A stretch of DNA of 64,000 nucleotides, from the NCBI GenBank assembly GCA_036676985.1, contig JAKFBU010000004.1, positions 32,001-96,000 on the forward strand, in the 5' to 3' direction. Origin of the DNA: Candidatus Sericytochromatia bacterium. Lineage in GTDB: Bacteria > Cyanobacteriota > Sericytochromatia > S15B-MN24 > UBA4093. The translations under genes were made by a program, and so were the position numbers. The notes under the pieces were generated by a model that saw only the letters and a program-made list of their open reading frames with translations, did not search any database and had not been told where the DNA came from. Positions 44,597 to 58,044 of this stretch are shown piece by piece. Positions within the stretch are counted from its first letter, which is position 1. Every line of letters begins with the position of its first letter.

Positions 44597-46009
44597 TTAC
44601 CGCGCGGTCAGGGCCGCGTGCCTCTGCGGCATGCTGAGCGGGCTGCGGGAAAGGTAGCGGCCCTTGCCGCGATCGCCCACGTACTTGCCGCCCTCGACCG
44701 CCACCCGGCCGTTGACGAGCACGTAGGTCGGTACCCCGATGGTCTCGAAGCCCTCGAAGGGGTTGTAGTCCACCCGGTGGTGATGCGTCTTGGCCGAGAT
44801 GACGCCCTTGACCGTGGGGTCGAAGACCACGATGTCGGCGTCCGCCCCCACCGCGAGGGTGCCCTTGCGCGGGTGCAGGCCGAAGATCTTGGCCGGGTTG
44901 GTGGAGAAGATCTCGACGAAGCGGTTGAGGCTGATCCGCCCCGGCACCACGCCGTAGGTGTAGAGCAGGGCGAGCCGGTTCTCGATGCCCGGGGCCCCGT
45001 TCGGGATCTTGGCGAAGTTGTCCCGGCCCATCTGCTTTTCCTGGCCGAAGTTGAACGGGCAGTGGTCGGTGGCGACCGTCTGCACGTAGCCGTTCGCGAG
45101 GGCCTGCCACAGGGCCTCGTTGTCCTTGGCCTTGCGCAGGGGCGGGCTCATGACGTACTTGGCGCCGCCGAAGTCCGCCTCCTCGTAGCGGCTGTCGTCC
45201 AAGAGCAGGTACTGGGGGCAGGTCTCGGCCATGACGTGCTGGCCGTTGCACTGGGCGTGCTGCACGTGCCGCAGGGCCTCCTCGCAGGTCAGGTGCACGA
45301 CGTAGAGCGAGCGATCGGCCATGCCGGCCAGGGCGATCGCCCGGTGGGTCGCCTCGCCCTCGGCCTCCGCGGGCCGGCTCAGGGCGTGGTAGCGCGGGTG
45401 AACCTTGCCCTCGGCGACGAACTCCTTGACGAGCGCGTCGACCACCTCGGCGTTCTCGGCGTGCACCGTGACCAAGGCACCCAGGTCCCGGGTGCGGCGC
45501 ATGACCTGGAAGAGCCCCTCGTCGTCGATGCCGATGGAGCCCTTGTAGGCCATGAAGGTCTTGAAGCTCGTGATGCCCTCGGCGACGACCCTGGGCAGCT
45601 CGGCGGCGACCTTGTCGCTGTAGTGGGTGACGGCCATGTGGAAGGCGTAGTCGAAGACGGCCTTGTTGCGGGCCTTCTGGTGCCAGACCTCCAGGGCGTC
45701 CAGGAGGGGCTGGCCGCGCTCGGGCATGACGAAGTCGATGACGCTCGTGGTGCCGCCGACCGAGGCTGCGATGGAGCCCGTCTCGAAGTCGTCGGTCGAG
45801 AAGGAGCCCATGAAGGGCATGTCGAGGTGGGTGTGCACGTCGACGCCGCCCGGGAAGACGAGCTGGCCCGAGGCGTCGATGACCGTGTCGCCCGGATGGG
45901 CGTCCAGCTTGTGGCCGATCGCCACGATCGTGCCGTCCTGGATGTACAGGTCGGCGCGCATGCGCTCGGACGAGGTGACGAGCTCGCCATTCTGGATCAA
46001 GACGCCCAT
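44597..46009 (-). CDS. hydA: Dihydropyrimidinase (D-hydantoinase)
   Basis: PGGVDVHTH, GGTT, SFK.FMAY, VHAEN, ETCPQYL, SPPLR, TDHCPF, IPNG.PG.E.R. Confidence 0.93.
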   Translation of the reverse strand: MGVLIQNGELVTSSERMRADLYIQDGTIVAIGHKLDAHPGDTVIDASGQLVFPGGVDVHTHLDMPFMGSFSTDDFETGSIAASVGGTTSVIDFVMPERGQPLLDALEVWHQKARNKAVFDYAFHMAVTHYSDKVAAELPRVVAEGITSFKTFMAYKGSIGIDDEGLFQVMRRTRDLGALVTVHAENAEVVDALVKEFVAEGKVHPRYHALSRPAEAEGEATHRAIALAGMADRSLYVVHLTCEEALRHVQHAQCNGQHVMAETCPQYLLLDDSRYEEADFGGAKYVMSPPLRKAKDNEALWQALANGYVQTVATDHCPFNFGQEKQMGRDNFAKIPNGAPGIENRLALLYTYGVVPGRISLNRFVEIFSTNPAKIFGLHPRKGTLAVGADADIVVFDPTVKGVISAKTHHHRVDYNPFEGFETIGVPTYVLVNGRVAVEGGKYVGDRGKGRYLSRSPLSMPQRHAALTAR

Positions 46010-46157
46010 GGGACCTCCTTTGCACGAAAGCGGGCAACCGAAAGTCCCAGCCTACCATAAGGGACGCTATGTCGTCAGTATGACAACTCAGGAGCCGGAG
46101 TTAAGGCCCGTTTCAGCGAATCGAGACGCTGACGCGGGCCTAGGGGGGCGGTTTTGC

Positions 46158-46397
46158 TTAGACTTTCTGGCCGTACTTCTGCTCGAGGTAAGGCAGGATC
46201 TTCTCTTCGTCGTCCAGAACCGTGTCGCCATCCACCAGGACGGGGACCGAGGGCTGGCCCGAGACCTGGATGACTTCCTGGCGCTGGCTGCGATCGCGCG
46301 GCACGTTGATGTTGATGTAGGTGATCTGGAGCTCGCTGAGCTTCTCCCGCACCATCTTGCAGTAGGGGCAGCTCTCGAACTGGTAAAGCTTCATCAT
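46158..46397 (-). CDS. Glutaredoxin / GST-N-like protein
   Basis: LYQFESCPYC...SGQ..VPVLVD; AAGGAG RBS. Confidence 0.85.
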   Translation of the reverse strand: MMKLYQFESCPYCKMVREKLSELQITYININVPRDRSQRQEVIQVSGQPSVPVLVDGDTVLDDEEKILPYLEQKYGQKV

Positions 46398-46538
46398 GGG
46401 CTACGTCTCCTTGTAGGGGGGTGGCTCCATTATAACGGACTTCTGGCGGAGGGGTTGCAAACCGTGCTAAGATAAGGCGTTGGGGCGGGTCTTGCTTTCC
46501 CGCGCCGACGGAAACCTGATCTGAGAAGGAGACGGCGC

Positions 46539-46922
46539 ATGAGTGACGGACCCCGCAAGGAACGATTGGGCCAGGTCTTGCTGTCGCAAGGCATCATCAC
46601 CGACGAGCAGCTCGAGCATGCCCTCGGCGAGCAGGCCAAGAAACCCTACATGCGCCTGGGTGAGCTGCTCTTCAGCCTCGGCTACCTCACCTTCAACCAG
46701 CTCGAGCAGCAACTGGAGCAGCAGTACCGGGACATGCGCCTCGGCCAGATGCTCGTGCGCAAGAGCCTCATCACCGTCGACCAGCTCGAAGAGGCGATCA
46801 TCGAGCACGAGAACACGGGCCTGCTCCTGGGGCACCTGGTGATCCGGCTCGGCTTCTGCACCCTGGAGCAGGTGTCCAAGGTGCTCGAAGAACAGCGCAC
46901 GCTGGCCGCCCAGTACCACTAG
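46539..46922 (+). CDS. Stand-alone MshEN-repeat protein (putative c-di-GMP receptor)
   Basis: Four RLGxxLxxxGx(I/L)TxxQLxxxLxxQ-type motifs; AAGGAG RBS. Confidence 0.8.
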   Translation: MSDGPRKERLGQVLLSQGIITDEQLEHALGEQAKKPYMRLGELLFSLGYLTFNQLEQQLEQQYRDMRLGQMLVRKSLITVDQLEEAIIEHENTGLLLGHLVIRLGFCTLEQVSKVLEEQRTLAAQYH

Positions 46923-47199
46923 ACGATCTTCCTGGCCGCTTCGGCGGCCAGTTTCTTTTGGACGCCGCCCCGTCCCTGCGAGGAACGCTCCTGGAGCCGC
47001 GGCGGCGACCGAAGCGCCCCAAATTGTTCGGCCGATCAAGCGGGTCGTTTTGGGTTGTCATCCATGCTCCGAGGGTGTATGTTGGCGGCAGGCCCCCGGT
47101 TCGCGCGAACCCTTGCAACGTCGACGGCGACGTCTGTGGGCGGGGCCGTGCCACTCTTCCCCGGCATGGCGCCGGGTATGACAATGGAGTCATCAGAAG

Positions 47200-49891
<2,692 letters not shown>

Positions 49892-49897
49892 AACGAG

Positions 49898-49925
49898 AAG
49901 CGGGGGGCCATTGGCCCCCCGCTTT
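49898..49925. terminator. Bidirectional terminator
   Basis: AAGCGGGGGGCCA-T-TGGCCCCCCGCTT between convergent genes. Confidence 0.7.
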
Positions 49926-49940
49926 CCGATGCATGCGGGT

Positions 49941-50147
49941 CTAGCGCCGGCGGGTGGTCTGCTGCTCCGCCATCTTGCCGCGCTCGATCAGCTCCTTGAC
50001 CTTCTGGCCGCCCTTCTGGCCGATCTCGGAGTAGAACTCGACGCCCCGCTCTTGGAGGACCTTCTCGCCGCCGAGTCTACCGGCTTCGCGCACCGTCAGG
50101 TTTCCTTTTTCGAGGCTCTGACGCCCCATTGGCCGTTTCGCCGCCAT
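49941..50147 (-). CDS. KGG-repeat general stress protein (GsiB/Em-like)
   Basis: TVREAGRLGG...FYSEIGQKGG; AAGGAGG RBS. Confidence 0.85.
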   Translation of the reverse strand: MAAKRPMGRQSLEKGNLTVREAGRLGGEKVLQERGVEFYSEIGQKGGQKVKELIERGKMAEQQTTRRR

Positions 50148-50202
50148 GGTGAACCCTCCTTGACCCATCCCGGGGGGAGCTTTCCCCCCACCTCACGAAT
50201 GG

Positions 50203-50454
50203 TTATTCGCCCAGCGAACGCTTGCCGGCGTCGATGAGCTCGCGAACCTTGTTGCCGCCCTTCTTCCCGATCTCCGAGTAGAACTGCGGGCCATACTTTT
50301 GCTTGGTGGTGTTGCCGCCCTTGCGGCCACCGATCTGACCACCCTTGTGGCCGATTTCCGAGTAGAACTCGGGTCCGTATTCTTCCTTGACCTTGTTCCC
50401 GCCCAGGCGTCCCGCCTCGCGGGTGGTCATATCTCCGCGGCCCTTTCCTGGCAT
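50203..50454 (-). CDS. KGG-repeat general stress protein (GsiB/Em-like)
   Basis: MTTREAGRLGG and two YGP.FYSEIG.KGG repeats; AAAGGAGG RBS. Confidence 0.85.
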   Translation of the reverse strand: MPGKGRGDMTTREAGRLGGNKVKEEYGPEFYSEIGHKGGQIGGRKGGNTTKQKYGPQFYSEIGKKGGNKVRELIDAGKRSLGE

Positions 50455-50750
50455 GCTGATCCTCCTTTGCATCGGGTGGGGGCCTAACCCAGAGGCCCTT
50501 GGAATCGCCCTACGGAATGAACCCCACCTCTTTAAGAAACTTTACGAAGAAGTCTAAAAAGGCCTACGACCTCTGTCAATCTTTGCTAGGTTCCTGAAAC
50601 CCCCGAACGTCGACCCTCCTACTTGCCCGCTCAGGGGTGGGAAGCCGATGGCTCAAGGCTGGATCGCCCAAGGGTCTTGGGCCGCATTGGCATGGGCGCA
50701 CCGGAGGGCATGTCGGTACGCTCGCAGAGGGATTTGCGCGAGGTGAGGAC

Positions 50751-51827
<1,077 letters not shown>

Positions 51828-51941
51828 CCATCGCTCGAGCGATCGCCGTTGCCCGGCCTCCGCTCCGCGCCTCCTCCTAAGGAGCGCGGGCGGGGCGATC
51901 CCCGCCATCCGCGCTGGGCATGCGACGGCGAGACCCGACAC

Positions 51942-51970
51942 TTGACGCTTAATGTTTTGTTACATATGAT
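51942..51970 (+). promoter_or_regulatory. Near-consensus sigma70 promoter of ftsH
   Basis: TTGACG-N17-TATGAT. Confidence 0.75.
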
Positions 51971-52047
51971 CGGGCTCCTGGAAGACGGCCGCCGCTTGGC
52001 CGTCTTCGGGCTGGATGAGCGCGGCATGGGCTAGGAAGGGGCGTCCG

Positions 52048-53883
52048 ATGGAAGACAACGGCGGCAAGCTCTGGTGGTACCTGGCCTTCCTGGTCGTGGT
52101 GTGGGTCGGCTTCATGGTGTTCTTTCCCGCGGGCTCCTCGCGGGCGGATCTCTCTTACAGCGCGTTCCGGGAGCAGGTCGCGGCCGGCAACGTCAGCCAG
52201 GTCACGCTCCAGGGCCATCGTGCGGAGGGGCAGTTCGAGCGGCCGGTGCCCATCGCGAAGGACGGCAAGCAGGTTCCCTACTCCTCGTTCGCGACCACGC
52301 TGCCGCCGGTGGACGATCCGCGGCTCCTGCCGTTGCTGGAGTCCAAGGGGGTCGAGGTCTCGGCCAAGCCAGAGGCGAGCCGCTGGTGGCTCGATCTGCT
52401 GCTCCTGGGCGCGCCCATCGTGCTCCTGTTCGTGCTCCTGAGCCGCATGGGCGGTGGCGGGGCGGGCCAGCAGAGTGCGTTCACCTTCGGGCAGTCCAAG
52501 GCCAAGCTCTACACCACCGAGCGCCCCAAGGTCACGTTCTCGGACGTGGCGGGCGAGGACGAGGCCAAGCAGGAGCTGGTGGAGGTCGTGCAGTTCCTCA
52601 AAGAGCCGGGCAAGTTCCGCAAGCTGGGCGCCAAGATCCCCAAGGGCGTGCTCCTGGTGGGTCCGCCGGGGACGGGCAAGACCCTCTTGGCCCGGGCCGT
52701 CGCGGGTGAGGCCGGCGTCCCCTTCTTCTCCATCTCGGGCACGGAGTTCGTCGAGATGTTCGTGGGCGTCGGCGCGAGCCGCGTGCGCGACCTGTTCGAG
52801 AAGGCCAAGTCCCGGGCTCCGGCCATCATCTTCGTGGACGAGATCGACTCGGTGGGCCGCCGCCGGGGCGTGGGCATGGGCAACGTCAACGACGAGCGCG
52901 AGCAGACGCTCAACCAGCTCCTGTCCGAGCTGGACGGCTTCGAGCCGCACCAGGAGGTCATCGTCATCGCGGCGACCAACCGGCCCGACGTGCTGGACCC
53001 GGCCCTCTTGCGGCCGGGGCGCTTCGACCGGCGCGTGACGGTGGGACTGCCGGATCGGGCGGGCCGCGAGGCCATCCTCAAGATCCACACGGCCAAGGTG
53101 CCCCTGGCTCCAGACGTGGACATGGTGAGTCTCGCCTGGGAGACTCCCGGCTTCTCGGGGGCGGACCTGGCGAACCTCGTGAACGAGGCGGCCCTGCTCG
53201 CTGCCACCAAGAACGAGAGCCAGGTGACGGCCAAGGACTTCGACGAGGCCAAGGACAAGATCATCCTCGGCGTGCGGCGCAACACGATGCTGGATCCCAA
53301 GGAGCGGAAGCTGGTGGCCTACCACGAAGCGGGTCATGCCCTCGTCGCGCACCTGTTGCCGAACGCGGATCCGCTGCGCAAGGTGACGATCATTCCCCAC
53401 GGCCATGCCCTGGGCGTGACGCAGATGCTGCCGCAGGACGAGAAGTACTCGTTCCCGCGGGGCTACCTGCTGGACAAGATGGCCGTGCAGCTGGGCGGCC
53501 GGGCGGCCGAGGAGCTGGTGTTCGGTGAAGTGACGACGGGCGCCGAGAACGACCTGCTGGAGATGACGAAGCTCGCCCGGCGGATGGTGCTGCGCTGGGG
53601 CATGGGCGAGAACCTGGGGCCCCAGGCCTTCGACCTCGACATGGACTCGGGGTACCTGGGCATGGAGATGCCGAACCTCGAGAAGTCCTACTCCGAGGAG
53701 ACGGCCTCTATGATCGACCAGGAGGTGCGGCGGCTGACGTCGGAGGCCTACGACCGGGCGAGGCTCATCCTCACGGAGCACCGGGACAAGCTCAACAGCC
53801 TGGCCGAGACGCTCCTGGCCGAGGAGTCGCTCGATGCGCACCAGATCGAGGGGTTGGTCGGGGCGAAGATCCGGGCGAGCTAG
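52048..53883 (+). CDS. ftsH: ATP-dependent zinc metalloprotease FtsH
   Basis: Two transmembrane helices; [12 protein letters not shown], second region of homology [21 protein letters not shown]. Confidence 0.96.
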   Translation: MEDNGGKLWWYLAFLVVVWVGFMVFFPAGSSRADLSYSAFREQVAAGNVSQVTLQGHRAEGQFERPVPIAKDGKQVPYSSFATTLPPVDDPRLLPLLESKGVEVSAKPEASRWWLDLLLLGAPIVLLFVLLSRMGGGGAGQQSAFTFGQSKAKLYTTERPKVTFSDVAGEDEAKQELVEVVQFLKEPGKFRKLGAKIPKGVLLVGPPGTGKTLLARAVAGEAGVPFFSISGTEFVEMFVGVGASRVRDLFEKAKSRAPAIIFVDEIDSVGRRRGVGMGNVNDEREQTLNQLLSELDGFEPHQEVIVIAATNRPDVLDPALLRPGRFDRRVTVGLPDRAGREAILKIHTAKVPLAPDVDMVSLAWETPGFSGADLANLVNEAALLAATKNESQVTAKDFDEAKDKIILGVRRNTMLDPKERKLVAYHEAGHALVAHLLPNADPLRKVTIIPHGHALGVTQMLPQDEKYSFPRGYLLDKMAVQLGGRAAEELVFGEVTTGAENDLLEMTKLARRMVLRWGMGENLGPQAFDLDMDSGYLGMEMPNLEKSYSEETASMIDQEVRRLTSEAYDRARLILTEHRDKLNSLAETLLAEESLDAHQIEGLVGAKIRAS

Positions 53884-53907
53884 CAGCGAGGCCCTTGACG
53901 GCGCTCC

Positions 53908-54081
53908 CTAGCGGGGGCGTCGTTTGGCCATGAAGGAGTAGCCCACCCCGCCCAGGGAGACGAGACCCAGGACGAAGTTCAGGGCGATCGCGGGCAGGTC
54001 GGCCGAGCCTTCCTGCAGCCCCGCGAGCCCGGCCACGAGGCACAGGGCGCCCACGAAGGCGATCATGACGACGATCAGCAC
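53908..54081 (-). CDS. Small two-TM membrane protein
   Basis: AGGAGG RBS before GTG; two hydrophobic segments and a basic tail. Confidence 0.55.
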   Translation of the reverse strand: MLIVVMIAFVGALCLVAGLAGLQEGSADLPAIALNFVLGLVSLGGVGYSFMAKRRPR

Positions 54082-54125
54082 GCACCCCTCCTCCTGTGTC
54101 ATGCCGCCGACGGCACGTAAGGGGA

Positions 54126-55778
54126 TTATGCCCGGTCCGAGCCGATTCTAATGGGGAGGCGCTTGAGGGCCGCGGGGTAGACGTTCAGGCCGCTGCCGAG
54201 AAGCGTGTCGAAGACGTGGCGCGTCTCGGGGGACTGCAGGGCCCGCAGGATGGTCTCGAGCGGATAGGAGCGCGAGAGCTCCACATCCGCGGGATCCAGC
54301 GCGAGGCGGTGGCGCCGGGCGACGGTGGGATCCAGGTCCGCCAGCTGGTACTTGGGCTGGAGGCAGATGAGGCTGTCGTCGGTGTAGTAACCGTCCCGGT
54401 CGATGGCGGCCTCTAGCCCGCGCGCGCCCGTCACCTTGGCGACCACGATCTTGGGACGCTCGAAGAGCTCAGGAAAGAGGGGGCGGTACAGGTCCGCCGG
54501 CCGGTAACGCAGGTACTTGCCGCGCCATGTGAGGCGGCCGTCGCGCAGGCAGTCGCCTTTGAGGAGCGGTCGGTCGTCCGGCCCCTCTTGAGCCTCCAGG
54601 TGGAAGCGGGAGATGGGCACGCCACGCACGCCCCAGGTGGCGATCGCCACCCGCCCCAGCGGCATCCCGTCGGCGAAGAGCCGCAGGGCCTCTTCGAGCT
54701 CCTGGGCCGAGCGGTCCGTACGCAGGACGAGGCCGGGCATGCGCTCGAAGAGGGCCTGGGGGACTGACGCGGCGGGCTGGAGCCGGACGACATGGTCCCT
54801 GGGCGCCGCGCCCGCGCGGGCCAGGAGCGAGATGGTCGGGATGGGGCAGAAGGCGGGATTCTCGCGCACTTCGAGGACTTGAGCCTCATGCAGGAGGCGG
54901 GCCCGCGTCCCCTCGGCATACTCCTCGCTCAGGAAGGCCCGGGGCAGCACCAGGCCCAGGCGACCGCCGGGCGGCAGCCGGTCGAGTGCCTGCTCGACGA
55001 AACAGACGAAGAGGTCGAAGCGGCCCCGCAACCCCGGGAAGCGGGAGCGCAACGCGGCGCGCTCCGCGGCGTCCAGGCGCTCGACGTTGAGAAAGGGCGG
55101 GTTTCCGAGCACGACCTCGATGCCCTCCGGCCAGTCCAGCAGGCCGTCCGCCACGCGCAGGTTTCGTTGCAACTCGCGCGGAGCCAGCGTGGGGTCGCCG
55201 ATCTCGAGCCAGATCCCCAGGAGCGCGAGGCCCACGGCGACGGGATCCCGGTCGGTGCCGTGGAGGCAGTTAAGGGCGAGCCGGGCGCGCTCCGCGGGGG
55301 CGGCGTCGGCGGCCAGGCGGCGCAGGGCAGAGACGAGGAAGGCCCCGCAGCCCATGGCCGGGTCGTGGATCCTCGGAGTGCCGTGGGAGAGGGCCTCGGC
55401 GACGAGGCGGTCGGCGATCGCCTCCGGCGTGAAGTAGCTGCCCTGCTGCTTGCGGACCGCCCGTGCGGCGAGCCCGGCCTCGTGCCGGGCCCCCACGGCA
55501 TGCAGGTCCCACCCCCGGGTGGTGCGCAGGGTCTCGTCGAGGGTCGTGATGGGCAGCGGCGAGAACGGACCGCCGACCGCGGGGTCCAGGAGGGTGCCCC
55601 GGAAGCTCGGCAGGCCCATGGCCGGGTCACCGCCCGTCAGCAAGCCTTGCAGGGCCTGAAGGTGGGCAGGACCGTGGCGGGACAGGGCGATCGCGGCATA
55701 GCCCGGCTGATCGAGCGGCAGCAATCCGCGCCGCTCGGCCTCGAGGATAAAGGAGAGGCGAAGGCTCTCTAGTGCCAC
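54126..55778 (-). CDS. N6-adenine DNA methyltransferase, gamma class (TaqI/Eco57I-like), no nuclease domain evident
   Basis: RKQQGSYFTP, DPAMGCGAFL, GNPPF, DLFVCF; TaqI-like C-terminal specificity domain (PLLKG...YL.Y...PKIVV). Start codon uncertain. Confidence 0.82.
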   Translation of the reverse strand: MALESLRLSFILEAERRGLLPLDQPGYAAIALSRHGPAHLQALQGLLTGGDPAMGLPSFRGTLLDPAVGGPFSPLPITTLDETLRTTRGWDLHAVGARHEAGLAARAVRKQQGSYFTPEAIADRLVAEALSHGTPRIHDPAMGCGAFLVSALRRLAADAAPAERARLALNCLHGTDRDPVAVGLALLGIWLEIGDPTLAPRELQRNLRVADGLLDWPEGIEVVLGNPPFLNVERLDAAERAALRSRFPGLRGRFDLFVCFVEQALDRLPPGGRLGLVLPRAFLSEEYAEGTRARLLHEAQVLEVRENPAFCPIPTISLLARAGAAPRDHVVRLQPAASVPQALFERMPGLVLRTDRSAQELEEALRLFADGMPLGRVAIATWGVRGVPISRFHLEAQEGPDDRPLLKGDCLRDGRLTWRGKYLRYRPADLYRPLFPELFERPKIVVAKVTGARGLEAAIDRDGYYTDDSLICLQPKYQLADLDPTVARRHRLALDPADVELSRSYPLETILRALQSPETRHVFDTLLGSGLNVYPAALKRLPIRIGSDRA

Positions 55779-57166
55779 CCGAACGAATTGCCCGAGAACG
55801 GGCGACGCTGGGTCTCCTGGAACCACATGGACGGGATGGGGGTCGAGAAGTCGGTCCACTGGCGCGGGCTCTCGGCCGACGGCGCGAGGCCATTGACCGT
55901 CTGGCGCCAGACCTGGGCCTGGGCCTTGGCCAGGTTGGTGCTGAAGCTCTTCAGGTACGCGATCTGGGTGCCCGTCTGGCTCCAGGTGGGGCTGCTCTCG
56001 AAGATGCCGAAGGAGGTCTCCGACCGGTTGAGGAGCTGGCCCGAGCCGGCGTTCTTCGTCACGTCCTGGACGTAGACGCGCTGGTAGCGCTGCGAGTCCG
56101 ATTGGGCGTCCATGACGGGGCCATGCCGGGTGTAGGCGATGGCAAGGCCGTCCGCCCGCCAGTGGGGCTCGAAGGCGTAGTCGCGCGCGTCCGAGAGGTC
56201 CGTGAGCTGCTTGAGGTAGCGCCCGTCGGGGATGTTGAACAGGAAGAGGTTCCAGGCGGCGAGGTTGCTGCCGCTGTTCGTGTCCCCGATGTTGTTCATC
56301 TGGGCGCTGACGACCATGGTCGAGACCCGGTCCTGCTGGAGGCTGGGGTTCCAGGCCGGGAAGCGCTCGTTGACGGCCGTGTTGGTCACGCGGGTGGGCG
56401 TGTTGCCCTCACCCGTCGAGACGCGGTAGATGTCGAAGTTGCCGGCTCGATCCGAGACGAAGGCGAGCTCCTGGGAGCCGGGGCTCCAGCTGGGATCGAG
56501 GTTGAAGCCGGTGTTGTCGCTCGGGTTGACGACGGTCTGGACGCGGCCCCGGGCATCGACCGTGCGGATGGCCGAGACGGGCGAGGTCGGCGAATAGTCC
56601 ACGTAGGCGATCATGCGGCCGTCCGGCGAGACGGTGGGCTGGGCGCCCTTGACTGTGACGCCGTTCTCGTTCTTGAGGGGGCGCGAGTTGGCCACCTGGA
56701 AGCCGTTGTCGTCGGTCGAGACGAGCATGATGTCGCCGTAGCCGTTGTCGTCCGCGTTCTGGACGTAGCTGATGGTGGTGCCGCCCAGGTTGACCGTCAG
56801 GACCTCGCGCTTGGTGTTGGTGCCATCATCGACCATGATGGTGATGCGATCGCCCATGACCAGGTCGCCGCCGCTGTTGGGGGACTTGGAGGTGAAGGGC
56901 GCGTAGTAGGTGAGGGTCTTGGACTCGGTGTAGCGATCCGGGTAGACGCGGCCCCGCTCGGCGACCGCCAGGTAGCGGAGGGTGCGACCCGGCATGGTGC
57001 TGGCCTCGATGGTCAGGCGCGTCGATTGGCCCACGGCCAGGGACGGGTTGTCGAGGTTCGCGGTGACCAGGAAGTCAGTCGGCCAAGGGCAACCGGCAAC
57101 CAGCGAGGCCGTGGCCGCTAGAGCGACGGCGAGGCCCAGTTTGAGTGGCGAACGCTTCGTAACCAC
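55769..57166 (-). CDS. TolB-like PD40 beta-propeller lipoprotein
   Basis: AAAGGAG RBS; lipobox VAGC; PTVSPDG, PSWSPG, FVSDR.GNFDIY, PAWNP, PTWS repeats. Confidence 0.8.
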   Translation of the reverse strand: MVTKRSPLKLGLAVALAATASLVAGCPWPTDFLVTANLDNPSLAVGQSTRLTIEASTMPGRTLRYLAVAERGRVYPDRYTESKTLTYYAPFTSKSPNSGGDLVMGDRITIMVDDGTNTKREVLTVNLGGTTISYVQNADDNGYGDIMLVSTDDNGFQVANSRPLKNENGVTVKGAQPTVSPDGRMIAYVDYSPTSPVSAIRTVDARGRVQTVVNPSDNTGFNLDPSWSPGSQELAFVSDRAGNFDIYRVSTGEGNTPTRVTNTAVNERFPAWNPSLQQDRVSTMVVSAQMNNIGDTNSGSNLAAWNLFLFNIPDGRYLKQLTDLSDARDYAFEPHWRADGLAIAYTRHGPVMDAQSDSQRYQRVYVQDVTKNAGSGQLLNRSETSFGIFESSPTWSQTGTQIAYLKSFSTNLAKAQAQVWRQTVNGLAPSAESPRQWTDFSTPIPSMWFQETQRRPFSGNSFGWH

Positions 57167-57198
57167 CTGGTTGCTCCTTTTCAAGTCCCGATCCCCGA

Positions 57199-57909
57199 TC
57201 AACGCGTGGCCGGTATCGTTTTCATACCCACCGGGGGCTGGCCGGAAACCCCACCGATCGGCACTTCGCGCAGCCCCAGGGCTTTTCGGATGCCCTGCAG
57301 GGGGCCGATCTGCTGCGGGGTGAGGGGGTGCGCTCCGCCGAGCTGATGTGCGATCAGCGCCACCTTCGCCGTCTGCTCGACCGTCTCCATGCGGTAGTAG
57401 GCCTCGAAGAGGTCGCGGCCCACGGTGACGACGCCGTGGTGGTCGAGGATGCAGCAGTCGTAAGTGGCGATCAGCGAGCGGATCGAGTCGGCGACCTCGG
57501 GGGTGCCGGGCGTGGCGTAGGCGGCCGTGGGGATGGAGCCCACCGTGAGCACCACCTCGGTGAGGATGGGCTGGGCCAGGGAGACGCCCGCCACCGAGAA
57601 GGCCGTGGCCGTGGGTGGGTGGGCGTGGACGATGGCCATGGCATCCGGGCGCACGGCGTAGACCGCCGCATGCATGCCGAACTCGCTGGAGGGCTTGAGG
57701 GTGCCCGCGAGCTTCTTGCCGTCGAGATCGACCACCACGAGCTGGTCGGGCGTGAGGTAGCCCTTGCAGACGCCCGACGGAGTGGTCAGGAAGCGGTTGG
57801 GACCGACGCGGCAGCTGACGTTGCCGTCCATGGCCACGATGAGCTCGCGCTCGTAGAGGCGGCGGCAGACTTCGATGAGCTGTTTGCGGAGTTCGAATTC
57901 GTTAGGCAT
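57199..57909 (-). CDS. Class II aldolase (FucA/adducin family)
   Basis: DGNVS, TPSG, PSSE..MH..VY..RPD..AIVHAHP, HHGV. Confidence 0.9.
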   Translation of the reverse strand: MPNEFELRKQLIEVCRRLYERELIVAMDGNVSCRVGPNRFLTTPSGVCKGYLTPDQLVVVDLDGKKLAGTLKPSSEFGMHAAVYAVRPDAMAIVHAHPPTATAFSVAGVSLAQPILTEVVLTVGSIPTAAYATPGTPEVADSIRSLIATYDCCILDHHGVVTVGRDLFEAYYRMETVEQTAKVALIAHQLGGAHPLTPQQIGPLQGIRKALGLREVPIGGVSGQPPVGMKTIPATR

Positions 57910-58044
57910 GCCTCCATTGTAGGCGACGAGGCGCTTCATAGCTAGATCGGAAGCCTCGGGGCCGGGATCCGGCCGTCTGGTGAGACGGGGGCGTGGATGC
58001 GTGGACCCTCGCGCCGGGTATAGCACCCCTTGGCAGGAGGTTTC

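Noticed and set aside
46919-47065. Minus-strand short frame with an in-frame TGA (MDDNPKRPA*SAEQF...KIV)
   Set aside because: No redox motif, no recognisable homology and atypical codon usage, so it cannot be supported as a selenoprotein.
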